Origin: Gemmatimonadaceae bacterium
GTDB taxonomy: Bacteria > Gemmatimonadota > Gemmatimonadetes > Gemmatimonadales > Gemmatimonadaceae
Assembly (NCBI GenBank): GCA_033763905.1
Contig: JANRJP010000103.1
Coordinates: 1-39,816, forward strand
DNA: 39,816 bases
Direction: 5' to 3'
Position numbers and translations under genes: made by a program
Part shown: in pieces, positions 9,427 through 21,505 of the stretch
How positions within the stretch are numbered: the stretch's first letter is position 1
How the letters are laid out: every line of letters starts with the position of its first letter
The notes under the pieces: generated by a model
Told to the model about the DNA's origin: nothing
Seen by the model: the letters and a program-made list of their open reading frames with translations, nothing else
Databases searched by the model: none

Positions 9427-9560
9427 TGCTTCTGCATAAACTAGCAGATCCGACCCCCGACGCAAGTCCCCGGTTAGATTGCGGCTCGGCGCGGGGAGAA
9501 TTGGGGGAAACGCCCCGGTCGACCCCTGCCGCCGGTCCCTGTCTCCATATGCAACACTTT

Positions 9561-10046
9561 ATGCATAATCGCATACTTTCGCTGCTGTCCGTGGCTGCCG
9601 TGGTCCTGTCGACGGCCTGCCAGAACCCCGTGGGGGAGGACAAGCTGCCCCCGCCGGACCCCACGCAGGTCGTCTACGCCTCGTCGTTGAACATCAACCT
9701 CTCGCAGTTCACGAAGCTTGAGAGTGGGGTGTACATCCAGGACGTGACGGTGGGATCCGGGGCGACGATCGCCTCGGGCGATTCGGTGGCCGTGGGCTAC
9801 ACCGGCTGGCTGGCGAACGGCACACAGTTCGACACGAATCAGGGGTCGGCAACACCCTTCCGATTCAAAGTCGGGGCGGGTCAGGTGATCGACGGATGGG
9901 AGGTCGGAGTGGTCGGCATGCGCGTGGGCGGTACGCGCCGATTGGTGATTCCGTCGCCGTTGGCCTATGGGCGCACGGGAAGTCCGCCGAGCATCCCCTC
10001 GAACGCGGTGCTGGTCTTCTCGGTGACGATGGCGCAAAAGTTCTGA
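9561..10046 (+). CDS. FKBP-type peptidyl-prolyl isomerase lipoprotein
   Basis: Lipobox VLSTAC; V.VGYTGWL.NG.QFD, GQVIDGWEVGVVGMRVGGTRRLVIPSPLAYG, IPSNAVLVF. Confidence 0.93.
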   Translation: MHNRILSLLSVAAVVLSTACQNPVGEDKLPPPDPTQVVYASSLNINLSQFTKLESGVYIQDVTVGSGATIASGDSVAVGYTGWLANGTQFDTNQGSATPFRFKVGAGQVIDGWEVGVVGMRVGGTRRLVIPSPLAYGRTGSPPSIPSNAVLVFSVTMAQKF

Positions 10047-10127
10047 GACCCCGGCGCGGGAACTACCGTCCCCTCTCCGGCGTCCGTTAGCTTGCGCTCC
10101 TTCACTCCCCTCCACTGATCGTGTCCG

Positions 10128-10391
10128 ATGCCCTACGTCATCACTGAGGCCTGCATCAGCGTCAAGGACAAGTCCTGCGTGGACGTGTGTCCCGTTGATT
10201 GCATCTACGAAGGCGAGAACCAGCTCTTCATTCACCCCGACGAGTGCATCGATTGCGGGGCCTGCGAGCCGGAGTGCCCGGTGACGGCGATCTTCCCCGA
10301 GGAAGACGTCCCGGGGAACCTGTCGCAGTACGTGCAGCTGAACCGCGCGGCGTTCAAGTCCGAGAACCCGCCCAAGCGCCCGACGCGCTAA
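10128..10391 (+). CDS. fdxA: Dicluster (7Fe-type) ferredoxin
   Basis: [24 protein letters not shown]...[22 protein letters not shown]. Confidence 0.93.
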   Translation: MPYVITEACISVKDKSCVDVCPVDCIYEGENQLFIHPDECIDCGACEPECPVTAIFPEEDVPGNLSQYVQLNRAAFKSENPPKRPTR

Positions 10392-10422
10392 CGGCGTCTC
10401 GCGCGCGCTCCGCGGAGGCGGT

Positions 10423-11718
10423 GTGACCCCCAACCGCTGGCGGATGCCGCCGGCGGCGGTGGCGATCCACCTCAGCGTCGGCTCCATCTACGCGTGGAGC
10501 GTGTTCAACAAGCCGATCGAGGCCGCAGTCCCGGCGTTTCCGCGCGGGGCTGCGGCCTACACGTTTTCGATTGCCATCGCGCTGCTGGGGTTGAGCGCCG
10601 CGTTCGGCGGACGCTGGCTCGAGCGGGTCGGGCCGCGACTGGCGGCGCGGGTTGCCGCCGTCTGCTTTGCCAGCGGGCTGGCGCTTGGCGGGGTGGCGGT
10701 GTCGACCCAGACGCTGTGGTTGCTCTACGTCGGCGTGGGGGGCATCGGGGGCATTGGCCTCGGGCTGGCCTATGTGGCACCCGTCAGTGCGCTCGTGAAG
10801 TGGTTCCCCGACCGACGGGGGATGGCGACGGGGCTCGCGGTCCTCGGATTCGGTGGCGGGTCGCTCATCGCGGCGCCAGTCGCGAACGCGCTGATGGCGC
10901 AACTCGGAGTCGCACCGACGCTCTGGGTGTTGGCCGCGGTGTATGGCAGCGTGATGCTCGTCGCCGCACAGTTTCTTGCCCCTCCGCCAGACGGCTGGAT
11001 ACCCGAGGCGTGGACGCCGACGCCCGATCGAGCCGCGGCGCTGGCGGCACCGTCGATGGACGTGGCGGCGGCGATCCGGACGCCGCAGTTCTGGCTGCTC
11101 TGGTGGATGCTGTTCGTGAACATCGCGGCGGGCATTGCGGTGCTCTCGCAGGGGTCGCCGCTGATGCAGGACGTGTTCGGTCGGACGCCGGCGCAGGCCG
11201 CGGCGTTTCTCGGCGTCATCGCGATCGCGAACGCGGTCGGCCGCCTGGGCTGGGCGTCGCTCAGCGACGTACTGGGCCGCAGGACGGTCTTCCTGACGTT
11301 CTTCGCGGTGCAGAGCGTGCTGTTCGCGCTGCTGCCAAGCCTCGGTGCCCGCGCCGAGTGGCGGCTCTTCCAGGTGGCCGCGCTGGTCATCTTCACGATG
11401 TACGGCGGGGGGTTCGCCACCATTCCCGCGTATCTCGCGGATTTGTTCGGCGCACGGAATGTCGGCGCGATCCACGGGGCCATTCTGACCGCGTGGAGTG
11501 CGGCCGGCGTCGCGGGGCCGCTGGTCATTACCCGCATTCGGGAGTCGCGGCTGGCGGCGTTGCCGCCCGGCGCGTCGCGTGTGAGCCTGTACGCGCCCAC
11601 GTTCACCGCAATGGCGGTGCTTCTGGCCACGGGATTCCTGGCGGCGCTGGCGAGTCGGGCGCGGGCTGACGACATTCGTGAGGTGCGTCACACTCCGATT
11701 CTCCGCCGACTGTCGTGA
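10423..11718 (+). CDS. MFS transporter, oxalate:formate antiporter (OFA)/monocarboxylate family
   Basis: IHLSVGSIYAWSVF, GIGLGLAY..PVS.LVKWFPDRRGMATGLAVLGFGGG, YGGGFATIPAYLADLFG. Confidence 0.9.
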   Translation: MTPNRWRMPPAAVAIHLSVGSIYAWSVFNKPIEAAVPAFPRGAAAYTFSIAIALLGLSAAFGGRWLERVGPRLAARVAAVCFASGLALGGVAVSTQTLWLLYVGVGGIGGIGLGLAYVAPVSALVKWFPDRRGMATGLAVLGFGGGSLIAAPVANALMAQLGVAPTLWVLAAVYGSVMLVAAQFLAPPPDGWIPEAWTPTPDRAAALAAPSMDVAAAIRTPQFWLLWWMLFVNIAAGIAVLSQGSPLMQDVFGRTPAQAAAFLGVIAIANAVGRLGWASLSDVLGRRTVFLTFFAVQSVLFALLPSLGARAEWRLFQVAALVIFTMYGGGFATIPAYLADLFGARNVGAIHGAILTAWSAAGVAGPLVITRIRESRLAALPPGASRVSLYAPTFTAMAVLLATGFLAALASRARADDIREVRHTPILRRLS

Positions 11719-14681
11719 CCGACCTTGAACGGCGTCAGCGCCTGTCCTCGGCGCTTGCACCGGACTACATCCTCGATGCGCCCGCGTCGGAGGCCGAGGG
11801 ATCGCCGATGACGGCGACCGAGGCCGCGAGCGGGCGTCGCGTGGTGATCTCCGTGGTGCCGGTGCCGGACGGGGCGACATTCAGTCTGGAGCGATTCCGC
11901 CGCGAGTTGTCGGCGGCGCAAGGCATTTCGCACGCAAACGTGATCTCGGTGCTCTCGGCGCAGGACGCCGACGGGTTGCCGGTGTATCTGTCGCCTTTCG
12001 TCGAGGGCGAGACGCTGCGCGAGCGGATGGCGCGAGGCCGAGTGCCGGTAGACGACGCCGTCGGCATTCTGCGCGACATCGCCAAGGGCTTGGCCGCGGT
12101 GCACGCGCGCGGGGTCGTGCATCGTGCGCTTGGGCCGGATCACGTCTTTCTGACCGCCACCGGCGCGCGCGTGCTCGATGCGGGGGTGGCGCGTGCCCTG
12201 GCGGCTGCCACGGGCGCCGACCGCGTGCGCGGCGGTGTGCGCGCTCCGGGACTGTCGCGTGGGGCGCCGGCATATCTGGCGCCGGAGCAGATCGCCGGTG
12301 ATCCCCTGATGGATCACCGCGTCGACATCTACGCCTGGGGCGTGCTCGCGTGGGAATTGCTCGCGGGAGACCACCCCTTCGCCGGTCGCGGCGATGACGA
12401 GATGCTCGCGGCCCATCGGGAGGCGCCGGTGCCGTCGTTGACCGGGCGATCGCCCATCTCGCGCGGATTGGGCGCGCTGGTCGAGCGGGCGATGGCGAAG
12501 GCCGCCGCGCAGCGGCCGACGAGCGCGACCGAGCTGGTGTCGGTGATCGAGCACCAGCGACACGAGCCGGCGGCGCGGGCGGAGCGTCGCGGCCCGACGA
12601 TCACCATTCCGTGGCGCGGACTGATCGGCGCGGGCGCCGTGCTCGGCGCCTTGGTGCTGGGCTTCCGCTTCCTGCTGCGCGACGCGGGTCGCGCGACGGA
12701 CGGCCGCGTGGTCGCCGTCGCGCCGTTCCGCGCCACCGGTGCGGCGGCCGACGTCGAGTATCTCGAGCACGGCCTGATGGAACTGCTCGCGCCCGCGATC
12801 GCGACGTTTGACGGTGCCCGCGCCGCGGACGTGCGCGGCTTCCTTGGTGCCTTGCGACGCGATGCGCCGAGTGGCGTGCCCGATGCCGAGGCCGTCGTGC
12901 GCGCGGCCACGCGACTCGGCGCCACCCAGGTGATCGACGGCACGATTGCCGGCGATGCGGCGCGGGTCGTGGTGCGCGGCGTCCTGTACGCCACGCGCGA
13001 CGGGGCGGAGTTGGAGACGGTGACCGTGGAGGGGCCGGCAGATAGCGTGTCCACGCTGGTCGCGCGCGTGGCCAACGGACTGCTGGCCGGCGACGCCAGT
13101 GACGCAGCGCCTGAGGTGCTGCGGGTGTTGGGGCGGGACGCGACCGCGCTGCGTCGCTACATCGAAGGGCGTGCCGCGTATCGAGGCGGGAATCTCGCGG
13201 CGGCGCTCGATGCGTTCACCGATGCCTTGGCGATCGATTCAACGCTGGCGATCGCCGCGGTCGGCGCGGCCGACGCGGCCGCGTGGATGGAGGACGGCGC
13301 GGCAGGCACGTTCGATGCGATCGCCTGGCGGCATCGCGGTCGTCTCGCGGCTGACGACAGCGCGCGGCTGATCGCTCGACTTGGCCGTGCGTTCCCCGAA
13401 CCGGTGTCGGCCCGCGACGTATTGGCGGGGGCTGAAGCCTTCGTCGAGCAGCGGCCAGAGGACGCCGAGGCGCACGTGCGGTTGGCGCGGTTGCTGGTGC
13501 AGGCGGCGCCGCCGGGCGATGCCAAGCCCGACGCTGCGGATTTCGTCACGCGGGCGTTGTCGCACGCCGAGCGAGCGTGGGCGCTGGATTCGACGTTCGT
13601 GCCAGCCTTGGCGTTGCAGCCGACGCTGTTGGTGCGCGCGGGGCGGCCCGCCGATGCGCTCAAGGCGGTGCGCACCCTGGCCGCACTCGACTCGCAGTCG
13701 CTCGCGCTACCGTACCTGCGGATGTTCGTCGGCGCGCGCGCTGGCGACTCGACCGAGTTTGCGCGAGGCTTCGCTGCGGCACAGCGTCTGCCCACGATGG
13801 CGCGGGCGCGTACTGGCGCCCGCTGGCTGCTTGCCGACGGCGGACGCATCGAATCGGCGGAGCGCTTGCTAGTGTCGGCGTATCGCGCCCCCGACGCCGA
13901 TCGAAACGTGATCGGGCCAATGCTCGGATTGCTGGCGTTCACTACCGCCCAGACGTGGCGCTTGTGGGATCTCGTGCCGTTGTTGCCACCGGGGCCAACG
14001 CGCGACGTGACGGTTTTGGTCTCGTCGAGCGTGGTCGGGGTTGACGTGCAGCCGCCGGCACCCGTGGCGGCGGCGCTCGAAAGCGCGCTCAAGGTGCACT
14101 TGGCCACGCCGCGGAGCGCGACGTATGGCTGGATGCCGCCGCAGGCGGCCGATGCCGCGTGGGCGCTCGTGCAGTGGTATGCCGTGCGCGGTGATACCGC
14201 GGCGCTGGAGCGGCTTGGTGAGCGATTGCAATCGCTCTCGCGCGATGGCGATCGCCGTGTGGCCCTTGAGGCGAACGCGGCGGCGGCGGGAGCGCGCGCG
14301 GAGTTGGCGATGCTGCGGCGGCAAGACGACCGCGCGGCCCGCTTGGCTGCCGCCGATTCGGCCACGCGCATCGTGCCGTACGCCGGCTCGGTTGCCGCCG
14401 ACATCGCGGCGCTGCGGCTGGCGGCCGGCTACGAGACCTTGGGGCGATTGCCCGACGCGCGGCGCGTGCTGTCCCGCGTGGTGCCGGGTGGCGGCGGGTT
14501 GTTGCGCGCGTACGCGTGGCAGGCGGCGGCACGGGCCGCCGAGGACGAGGGTGATCGGCTGGCGGCGCGCGACGCCTGGCGGCGTTTCGCGCAATTGCAG
14601 GCTATCGCGGCGCTGCGGGAGCGGGCCGGCCTGGATACCGCCCGCGCCGCGATCGCGCGCCTGACGCCGGGAGGTACCTGA
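11715..14681 (+). CDS. Transmembrane Ser/Thr pseudokinase with TolB-N-like/TPR C-terminal region
   Basis: Hanks fold retained (ERFRRE, APEQ, DHRVDIYAWG) but VVIS (no beta3 Lys), HRALGPDH, DAG and no Gly loop; TM at about aa 298-320; VAVAPF module and TPR-like helices. Confidence 0.85.
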   Translation: MTDLERRQRLSSALAPDYILDAPASEAEGSPMTATEAASGRRVVISVVPVPDGATFSLERFRRELSAAQGISHANVISVLSAQDADGLPVYLSPFVEGETLRERMARGRVPVDDAVGILRDIAKGLAAVHARGVVHRALGPDHVFLTATGARVLDAGVARALAAATGADRVRGGVRAPGLSRGAPAYLAPEQIAGDPLMDHRVDIYAWGVLAWELLAGDHPFAGRGDDEMLAAHREAPVPSLTGRSPISRGLGALVERAMAKAAAQRPTSATELVSVIEHQRHEPAARAERRGPTITIPWRGLIGAGAVLGALVLGFRFLLRDAGRATDGRVVAVAPFRATGAAADVEYLEHGLMELLAPAIATFDGARAADVRGFLGALRRDAPSGVPDAEAVVRAATRLGATQVIDGTIAGDAARVVVRGVLYATRDGAELETVTVEGPADSVSTLVARVANGLLAGDASDAAPEVLRVLGRDATALRRYIEGRAAYRGGNLAAALDAFTDALAIDSTLAIAAVGAADAAAWMEDGAAGTFDAIAWRHRGRLAADDSARLIARLGRAFPEPVSARDVLAGAEAFVEQRPEDAEAHVRLARLLVQAAPPGDAKPDAADFVTRALSHAERAWALDSTFVPALALQPTLLVRAGRPADALKAVRTLAALDSQSLALPYLRMFVGARAGDSTEFARGFAAAQRLPTMARARTGARWLLADGGRIESAERLLVSAYRAPDADRNVIGPMLGLLAFTTAQTWRLWDLVPLLPPGPTRDVTVLVSSSVVGVDVQPPAPVAAALESALKVHLATPRSATYGWMPPQAADAAWALVQWYAVRGDTAALERLGERLQSLSRDGDRRVALEANAAAAGARAELAMLRRQDDRAARLAAADSATRIVPYAGSVAADIAALRLAAGYETLGRLPDARRVLSRVVPGGGGLLRAYAWQAAARAAEDEGDRLAARDAWRRFAQLQAIAALRERAGLDTARAAIARLTPGGT

Positions 14682-14683
14682 CG

Positions 14684-15721
14684 ATGGTGCGTCCCTCACT
14701 GCGGCAACAACTCGAGCGAGCGCTCGGTGGCACCTACGAGATCGAATCCGAGATCGGCGCGGGAATGTCGCGCGTCTTCAAGGCCCGGGAGATCGCGCTC
14801 AATCGACAGGTGGTGATCAAGGTGCTGGCGCCGGAACTCGCGGGCGACATTTCGCTCGAACGCTTCCGGCGCGAGATCCAGACGGTCGCCACGCTGCAGC
14901 ATCCGCACATCGTGCCGCTGCTCGTGGCGGGCGAAGCCGAAGGCTTGCCGTACTACACGATGCCGTTCGTGGAAGGCCAGACGCTGCGCCAGCGCTTCGG
15001 CGGCGGACCCCTGGGCTTGCACGAAGGCTTCACGATTTTCCGCGATGTACTCAAAGCCCTCTCGTGGGCGCACGCGCATCGGGTTGTGCACCGCGACATC
15101 AAGCCCGAGAACGTGATGCTGTCGGGTGGGGTCGCGGTCGTCACCGACTTCGGGATCGCCAAGGCGTTGCAGGAAGCCCAGACGAATCACAGCGGGGCGT
15201 TCCGCACCAGCGTCGGGTTCTCGACGGGGACGCCGCTGTATATGGCCCCCGAGCAGGCCGCTGGCGATCCGGCGATGGATCATCGCGTGGATCTCTACGC
15301 GGTCGGGATCGTGGCGTACGAAGCCTTGGGCGGCGTGCATCCCTTTGCCGACCGGAAGGGCGTGGCGTTGATGAACGCGCACGCGAACGAGACGCCCAAG
15401 CACCTCAAGCAGGTGGTGCCGATGCTGCCCTCGGCGATCTGCAACGTGGTGATGCAGACGCTCAAGAAGGATCCGGCAGAGCGTCCGCGGTCCGCCGATG
15501 AAGTGCTCGCGGTACTCGAGGCCTTGGCCACGCCGCGGATGAGCGTCTCGATTCCCGCGCTGACGAAGGAACAGTTGGCGTCGAAGGAGACGGCGCCGGT
15601 GTCGCGTGGCAGCGTCACCGAGTACATCAAGTTGCCGCGCGGTCGAGTGACGCTCTTGCTTGCACTCGCGGCCATCGCCGCGGTGCTCGGTGTGCTGGCC
15701 GCGTGGGGTACTTCGCGGTAG
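14684..15721 (+). CDS. Hanks-type Ser/Thr protein kinase with C-terminal membrane anchor
   Basis: IGAGMSRVF, VVIK, HRDIKPEN, DFG, GTPLYMAPE; ends with TM LLLALAAIAAVLGVLAAW plus 4 aa. Confidence 0.93.
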   Translation: MVRPSLRQQLERALGGTYEIESEIGAGMSRVFKAREIALNRQVVIKVLAPELAGDISLERFRREIQTVATLQHPHIVPLLVAGEAEGLPYYTMPFVEGQTLRQRFGGGPLGLHEGFTIFRDVLKALSWAHAHRVVHRDIKPENVMLSGGVAVVTDFGIAKALQEAQTNHSGAFRTSVGFSTGTPLYMAPEQAAGDPAMDHRVDLYAVGIVAYEALGGVHPFADRKGVALMNAHANETPKHLKQVVPMLPSAICNVVMQTLKKDPAERPRSADEVLAVLEALATPRMSVSIPALTKEQLASKETAPVSRGSVTEYIKLPRGRVTLLLALAAIAAVLGVLAAWGTSR

Positions 15722-15762
15722 CGTAAGAACGACTGCTTTTGTCGTTCTCCGAGGAATAATCG

Positions 15763-17868
<2,106 letters not shown>

Positions 17869-17873
17869 ATGCC

Positions 17874-18476
17874 TCAGGCCACCAGCAGCTGCCGAATCAC
17901 GAAGGCAATCCCGAGGACGATGTATTGCAGGAACGTGCTCCGCTCGCTGCGCCACGCCGAGGGATAGTCGTACGGTCCCTCACGATGTGCCGCTTCCTGC
18001 GGCAGGCGCGGCAGCCAGCGCGGCGTGCGCGCCTTGTACTCCACGTAGGGCTGACCGAAGACCCGCTCGAGGTCGGTCTCTTCGTATGCCACGATGAACG
18101 TGTACTCGGTAAAGAACAGCACGGTGGCCAGCGGCAGAAACCACCAGACCCCGGAGATGACGCCGAAGCCCATCCAGATCAGGTAGTTGCCGTTGTAGAG
18201 CGGATTGCGGCTCCACGCGAAGGGGCCCCAGGTCACGAGCTCGCTCGACTGGCCTTCGCGACGGCGCGTGCCCGGGCCGGCGCGCGCGACGCCCGCGAGA
18301 CGCCACCACTCGCCCAGGGCGACGATGCCGAGGCCAAGCGCCCACTGCCACCAGACGAAGCCGCGGGAGAAGACGAGCGGAATGATGACGAACGGCGCCG
18401 GCAACCATCCGCGATTGCGGAAGAGGACGGCGCCGATCCGGGCGGCAGTCGAGGGAGACGTCGAGGGAGTGCTCAC
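17874..18476 (-). CDS. Isoprenylcysteine carboxyl methyltransferase/PEMT-family membrane methyltransferase
   Basis: LVTWGPFAWSRNPLYNGN, EETDLERVFGQPYVEYKARTPRWLP. Confidence 0.88.
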   Translation of the reverse strand: MSTPSTSPSTAARIGAVLFRNRGWLPAPFVIIPLVFSRGFVWWQWALGLGIVALGEWWRLAGVARAGPGTRRREGQSSELVTWGPFAWSRNPLYNGNYLIWMGFGVISGVWWFLPLATVLFFTEYTFIVAYEETDLERVFGQPYVEYKARTPRWLPRLPQEAAHREGPYDYPSAWRSERSTFLQYIVLGIAFVIRQLLVA

Positions 18477-18495
18477 CCTCGAAAACTAATCGGCC

Positions 18496-19296
18496 CTACG
18501 CGCGCGGCATCGGCTCGACGAAGGCCCGCAGCATCCCGGCAAACCGCACCGGATCTTCCAGCGGGCCCAGGTGACCCACCTGCGGCAGGACCACCCGTCG
18601 AGCCCCACGCACGCCCTCGGCGATCGCATCCTGCAGCGCCGGCGGAGTCAGGATGTCTTCATCACCCGACACCACCACGGTCGGTACGGTGATAGTGCGG
18701 AGCGTCGAACTGCTGTCCGGTCGTTCGAGAATCGCCTGCAGGGCGCCCAGCGTGCCCTGACGCGGGGCCGCCGTCATCGCGCCACGGACGGCGGCCACCA
18801 CGTCCGGCCGCGAGGCGTGCGACGTCCGGCCGATCATCCCGTCGAACATCCGGTCCACCAGCACGGCCGGGCCCTCGGCCTCGACCAGCGCGATGTTGGC
18901 GCGCCGAGACTCGGCCTGCGTCGGCGTGTCGGCCTCGGCCCGCGTGTGGGCGAGCACCAGCGCCCGAATCAGGTCCGGCCGTCGACGCCAGAGTTCGAGC
19001 GCCACATACCCCCCCATCGACACCCCGACGACTACCACGGGACCCGTGCCAAGGCCGTCGATCAGGGCGGCGATATCGCCGGCATAGGAGGCCATGGTGA
19101 AGGGCGGGCGTCCGGGCGAGTTGCCGAATCCCCGGTAGTCCGGGGCGATCGTCCGCAACGATCCGCCGAGTCGAGCGACCATCGGGCGCCAGAAGAGCCG
19201 ATTGAGCGGAAACGGGTGCAGCAACAGCACCGTCGGGCCGGCGCCGCTGTCGTCGATCGCCAACGGGATCGGGGGGTCGAGCAGGTGATCGTTCAT
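18496..19296 (-). CDS. Alpha/beta-fold hydrolase
   Basis: LLHPFPL, PDYRGFG, GVSMGG nucleophile, GDEDILTP, GHL. Confidence 0.9.
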   Translation of the reverse strand: MNDHLLDPPIPLAIDDSGAGPTVLLLHPFPLNRLFWRPMVARLGGSLRTIAPDYRGFGNSPGRPPFTMASYAGDIAALIDGLGTGPVVVVGVSMGGYVALELWRRRPDLIRALVLAHTRAEADTPTQAESRRANIALVEAEGPAVLVDRMFDGMIGRTSHASRPDVVAAVRGAMTAAPRQGTLGALQAILERPDSSSTLRTITVPTVVVSGDEDILTPPALQDAIAEGVRGARRVVLPQVGHLGPLEDPVRFAGMLRAFVEPMPRA

Positions 19297-19359
19297 AGCG
19301 TGCAGAATGCCATTTCTTTGGCCGAGCCGCTATGCCGTGCGGGTCGCTAGTTTTGGACT

Positions 19360-20526
19360 GTGACCACGCCGCAATTCGACTACTTCGACACGCCCGCCGC
19401 GGCCGACCAGTGGTTCCAGTCGCTCGGCGCCATCCGCACCCTCGCGATCGACACCGAGGGGGCAAGCTTCCATCGCTTCGTCGATCGCATCTACCTGCTC
19501 CAGCTCACGGCGGCTGGCCGCCACGCGATTCTGGATCCGCTACCGATCGGGTCGCTGGCCGCGCTCGGCGCCTTGCTCGAGTCGCCGGAGGTGGAGGTGA
19601 TCTTCCACGACGCCGACTACGACCTGCGGCTGCTGCATCAGGACTACGGCTGGCACGTGCGGCGGATCTTCGACACCCGCATCGCCGCGCAGCTGCTGGG
19701 CGTGAAGGCCTTCGGGCTCGCGGCGCTGCTCGAGCAGCACTTCGGCATCAAGCTCGACAAGAAGCACCAGCGCGCCGACTGGTCGATGCGTCCGCTGACC
19801 GACGATATGCTGGCGTACGCCGTGCTCGACACCGCGTGGCTGCCCGAGCTGCGCGACAAGATGGCGGAGCAGTTGCAGCAGAAGCAGCGCTGGTCGTGGG
19901 CTGCCGAAGAATTCGCGCGGCTCGAAGGCACGCGTTGGCCCGTCGAGGAGCCCGACACGGCGTTTCTGCGGGTGAAGGGCGCGCGGGATCTGACGCGTCG
20001 CGAACTGGCGCGTCTGCGCGAACTGGTGCCGTGGCGCGACGCGCGCGCGAAGGAGCTCGATCGCTCGACCTTCCGCGTGCTGGGCAACGACGTCCTGCTC
20101 GAGATCGTGAAGGTGACCGACGTCTCGAAGCAGGTGCTGTCGCAGGTGAAGGGGATGCCGCGCGGCTTGTTCGAGCGGTACGCGAGCGAGTTGCTCGACA
20201 TGCTCAAGCGCGCCGATGCCTTGCCCGAGGCGCAGTTGCCGCGCTTTCCGAAGGGGCCGCGGTTCTCGCGCGATCCGGATTTCGACCACAAGGTCGGGCA
20301 GCTCAAGGCCGTGCGCGATGCGTGGGCGACGAAGCTCGATCTGGATCCCGGAGTGCTGTGTTCGCGCGAGCGGCTCGAAGCCGTGGTGCGACGCCTGCCG
20401 CGGGATGTGTCGGAGTTCGCTGAGCTGCCGGAGTTGCGGAAGTGGCAGGTCGAACTGATGGGCGCCGAGTTCGTGAAGGCGCTGGCGAAGTTCTCGCCCG
20501 TCGATAGCCCGTACGCGGACGCCTGA
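19360..20526 (+). CDS. rnd: Ribonuclease D (DEDDy 3'-5' exonuclease plus HRDC)
   Basis: AIDTE, FHDADYD, FDTRIAAQ, LDKKHQRADWSMRPL...YAVLD; HRDC WRD.RAKELDR. Confidence 0.92.
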   Translation: MTTPQFDYFDTPAAADQWFQSLGAIRTLAIDTEGASFHRFVDRIYLLQLTAAGRHAILDPLPIGSLAALGALLESPEVEVIFHDADYDLRLLHQDYGWHVRRIFDTRIAAQLLGVKAFGLAALLEQHFGIKLDKKHQRADWSMRPLTDDMLAYAVLDTAWLPELRDKMAEQLQQKQRWSWAAEEFARLEGTRWPVEEPDTAFLRVKGARDLTRRELARLRELVPWRDARAKELDRSTFRVLGNDVLLEIVKVTDVSKQVLSQVKGMPRGLFERYASELLDMLKRADALPEAQLPRFPKGPRFSRDPDFDHKVGQLKAVRDAWATKLDLDPGVLCSRERLEAVVRRLPRDVSEFAELPELRKWQVELMGAEFVKALAKFSPVDSPYADA

Positions 20527-20563
20527 GCAAATACCGCACGACTGCCTCGCCGCTGGACGAGCG

Positions 20564-21505
20564 CTATTCGCCGGGCATTGGCGTTGCGACCAGGATGGCC
20601 GTGACGATGACCACCAGTACCGACACCACGATTTCGAGTCGCGCGGATCGTCGCAATTGCGCCGATGCCGCGGGCTGACCGAGTCGCGGCAGCACGCGTC
20701 GCCAATTGAAGGCACCGATGCCCGCGACGAGCGCGACGAGTGCCAACTTGATCACCAACGTGCGACCGTACTGGCTCGCGGTCAGCGCGCTGACGGTGCC
20801 GAGGTTCCGAACCGCAGTGAAGGCTCCACTCGTCACCAGCAGCGTGGTGGCTCCCAGGGCGACTGGACTGAACGCGCGGACAAGTCCGGCAATTCTCGCG
20901 TCCGGCAACTCCGCGGTGGGCTCGGACAGCCGCGCGGCCGCAGGAATGGCAAGCAGAGTGACGAACGCAAGGCCCCCGAGCCAGCAGCCGGCGCTGATGA
21001 CGTGCAGCGTCTGCGTGAGGATCGCGAGGGCTGGTTGAGGGCTTGCAGCGGGATGTCCCGACCAGGGTTGCGAGATCACGAACATCAGCGTTGCGAGGAC
21101 CAAGGCCGACCACGCGATGGGGCGCGGGCCGCGGAGTCGCGGCGCTAACCACGTGATAGCAACCGACGAACCGGCCGCGAGCCACCACGAGCGCCCCCAT
21201 CCAGATCGCATCAGCAGAGTCGCCAACGCTCCGCGATCGAGCACCGCGTCAGGGCCAAAGACTGCAGCGTGCTGCGCGACGAGGCGGGCAAGCGTCCCCG
21301 CGAGCGCCGTGAGTCCGAGCACATCGATCCAACGTCGCAGTCGCTCGTGGATGCTGTCTCGGAGCGCCTCGCGGTCGGGACCTTGGTAGCGAGCGAGGAT
21401 CCCGAATCGCAGGGCGAGGACCCCGATAAGTCCTATGCCGCAGGCTGAAAGAACGGCACGAATGCCGACAAAAACCGGCGACTCGACGCCGAAGTCACCG
21501 TCCAC
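20564..21505 (-). CDS. copD: CopD-family copper resistance/transport membrane protein
   Basis: WSGHP, LHVISAGCWLGGL, RAFS, YGRTLVIKLAL, N....P, EIVV; overlaps copC. Confidence 0.85.
   Translation of the reverse strand: MDGDFGVESPVFVGIRAVLSACGIGLIGVLALRFGILARYQGPDREALRDSIHERLRRWIDVLGLTALAGTLARLVAQHAAVFGPDAVLDRGALATLLMRSGWGRSWWLAAGSSVAITWLAPRLRGPRPIAWSALVLATLMFVISQPWSGHPAASPQPALAILTQTLHVISAGCWLGGLAFVTLLAIPAAARLSEPTAELPDARIAGLVRAFSPVALGATTLLVTSGAFTAVRNLGTVSALTASQYGRTLVIKLALVALVAGIGAFNWRRVLPRLGQPAASAQLRRSARLEIVVSVLVVIVTAILVATPMPGE

Noticed and set aside
11715..14681. Calling the degenerate kinase a pseudogene
   Set aside because: There is no frameshift or internal stop over 988 codons, it is coupled to both neighbours, and structural motifs are kept while catalytic ones are lost.
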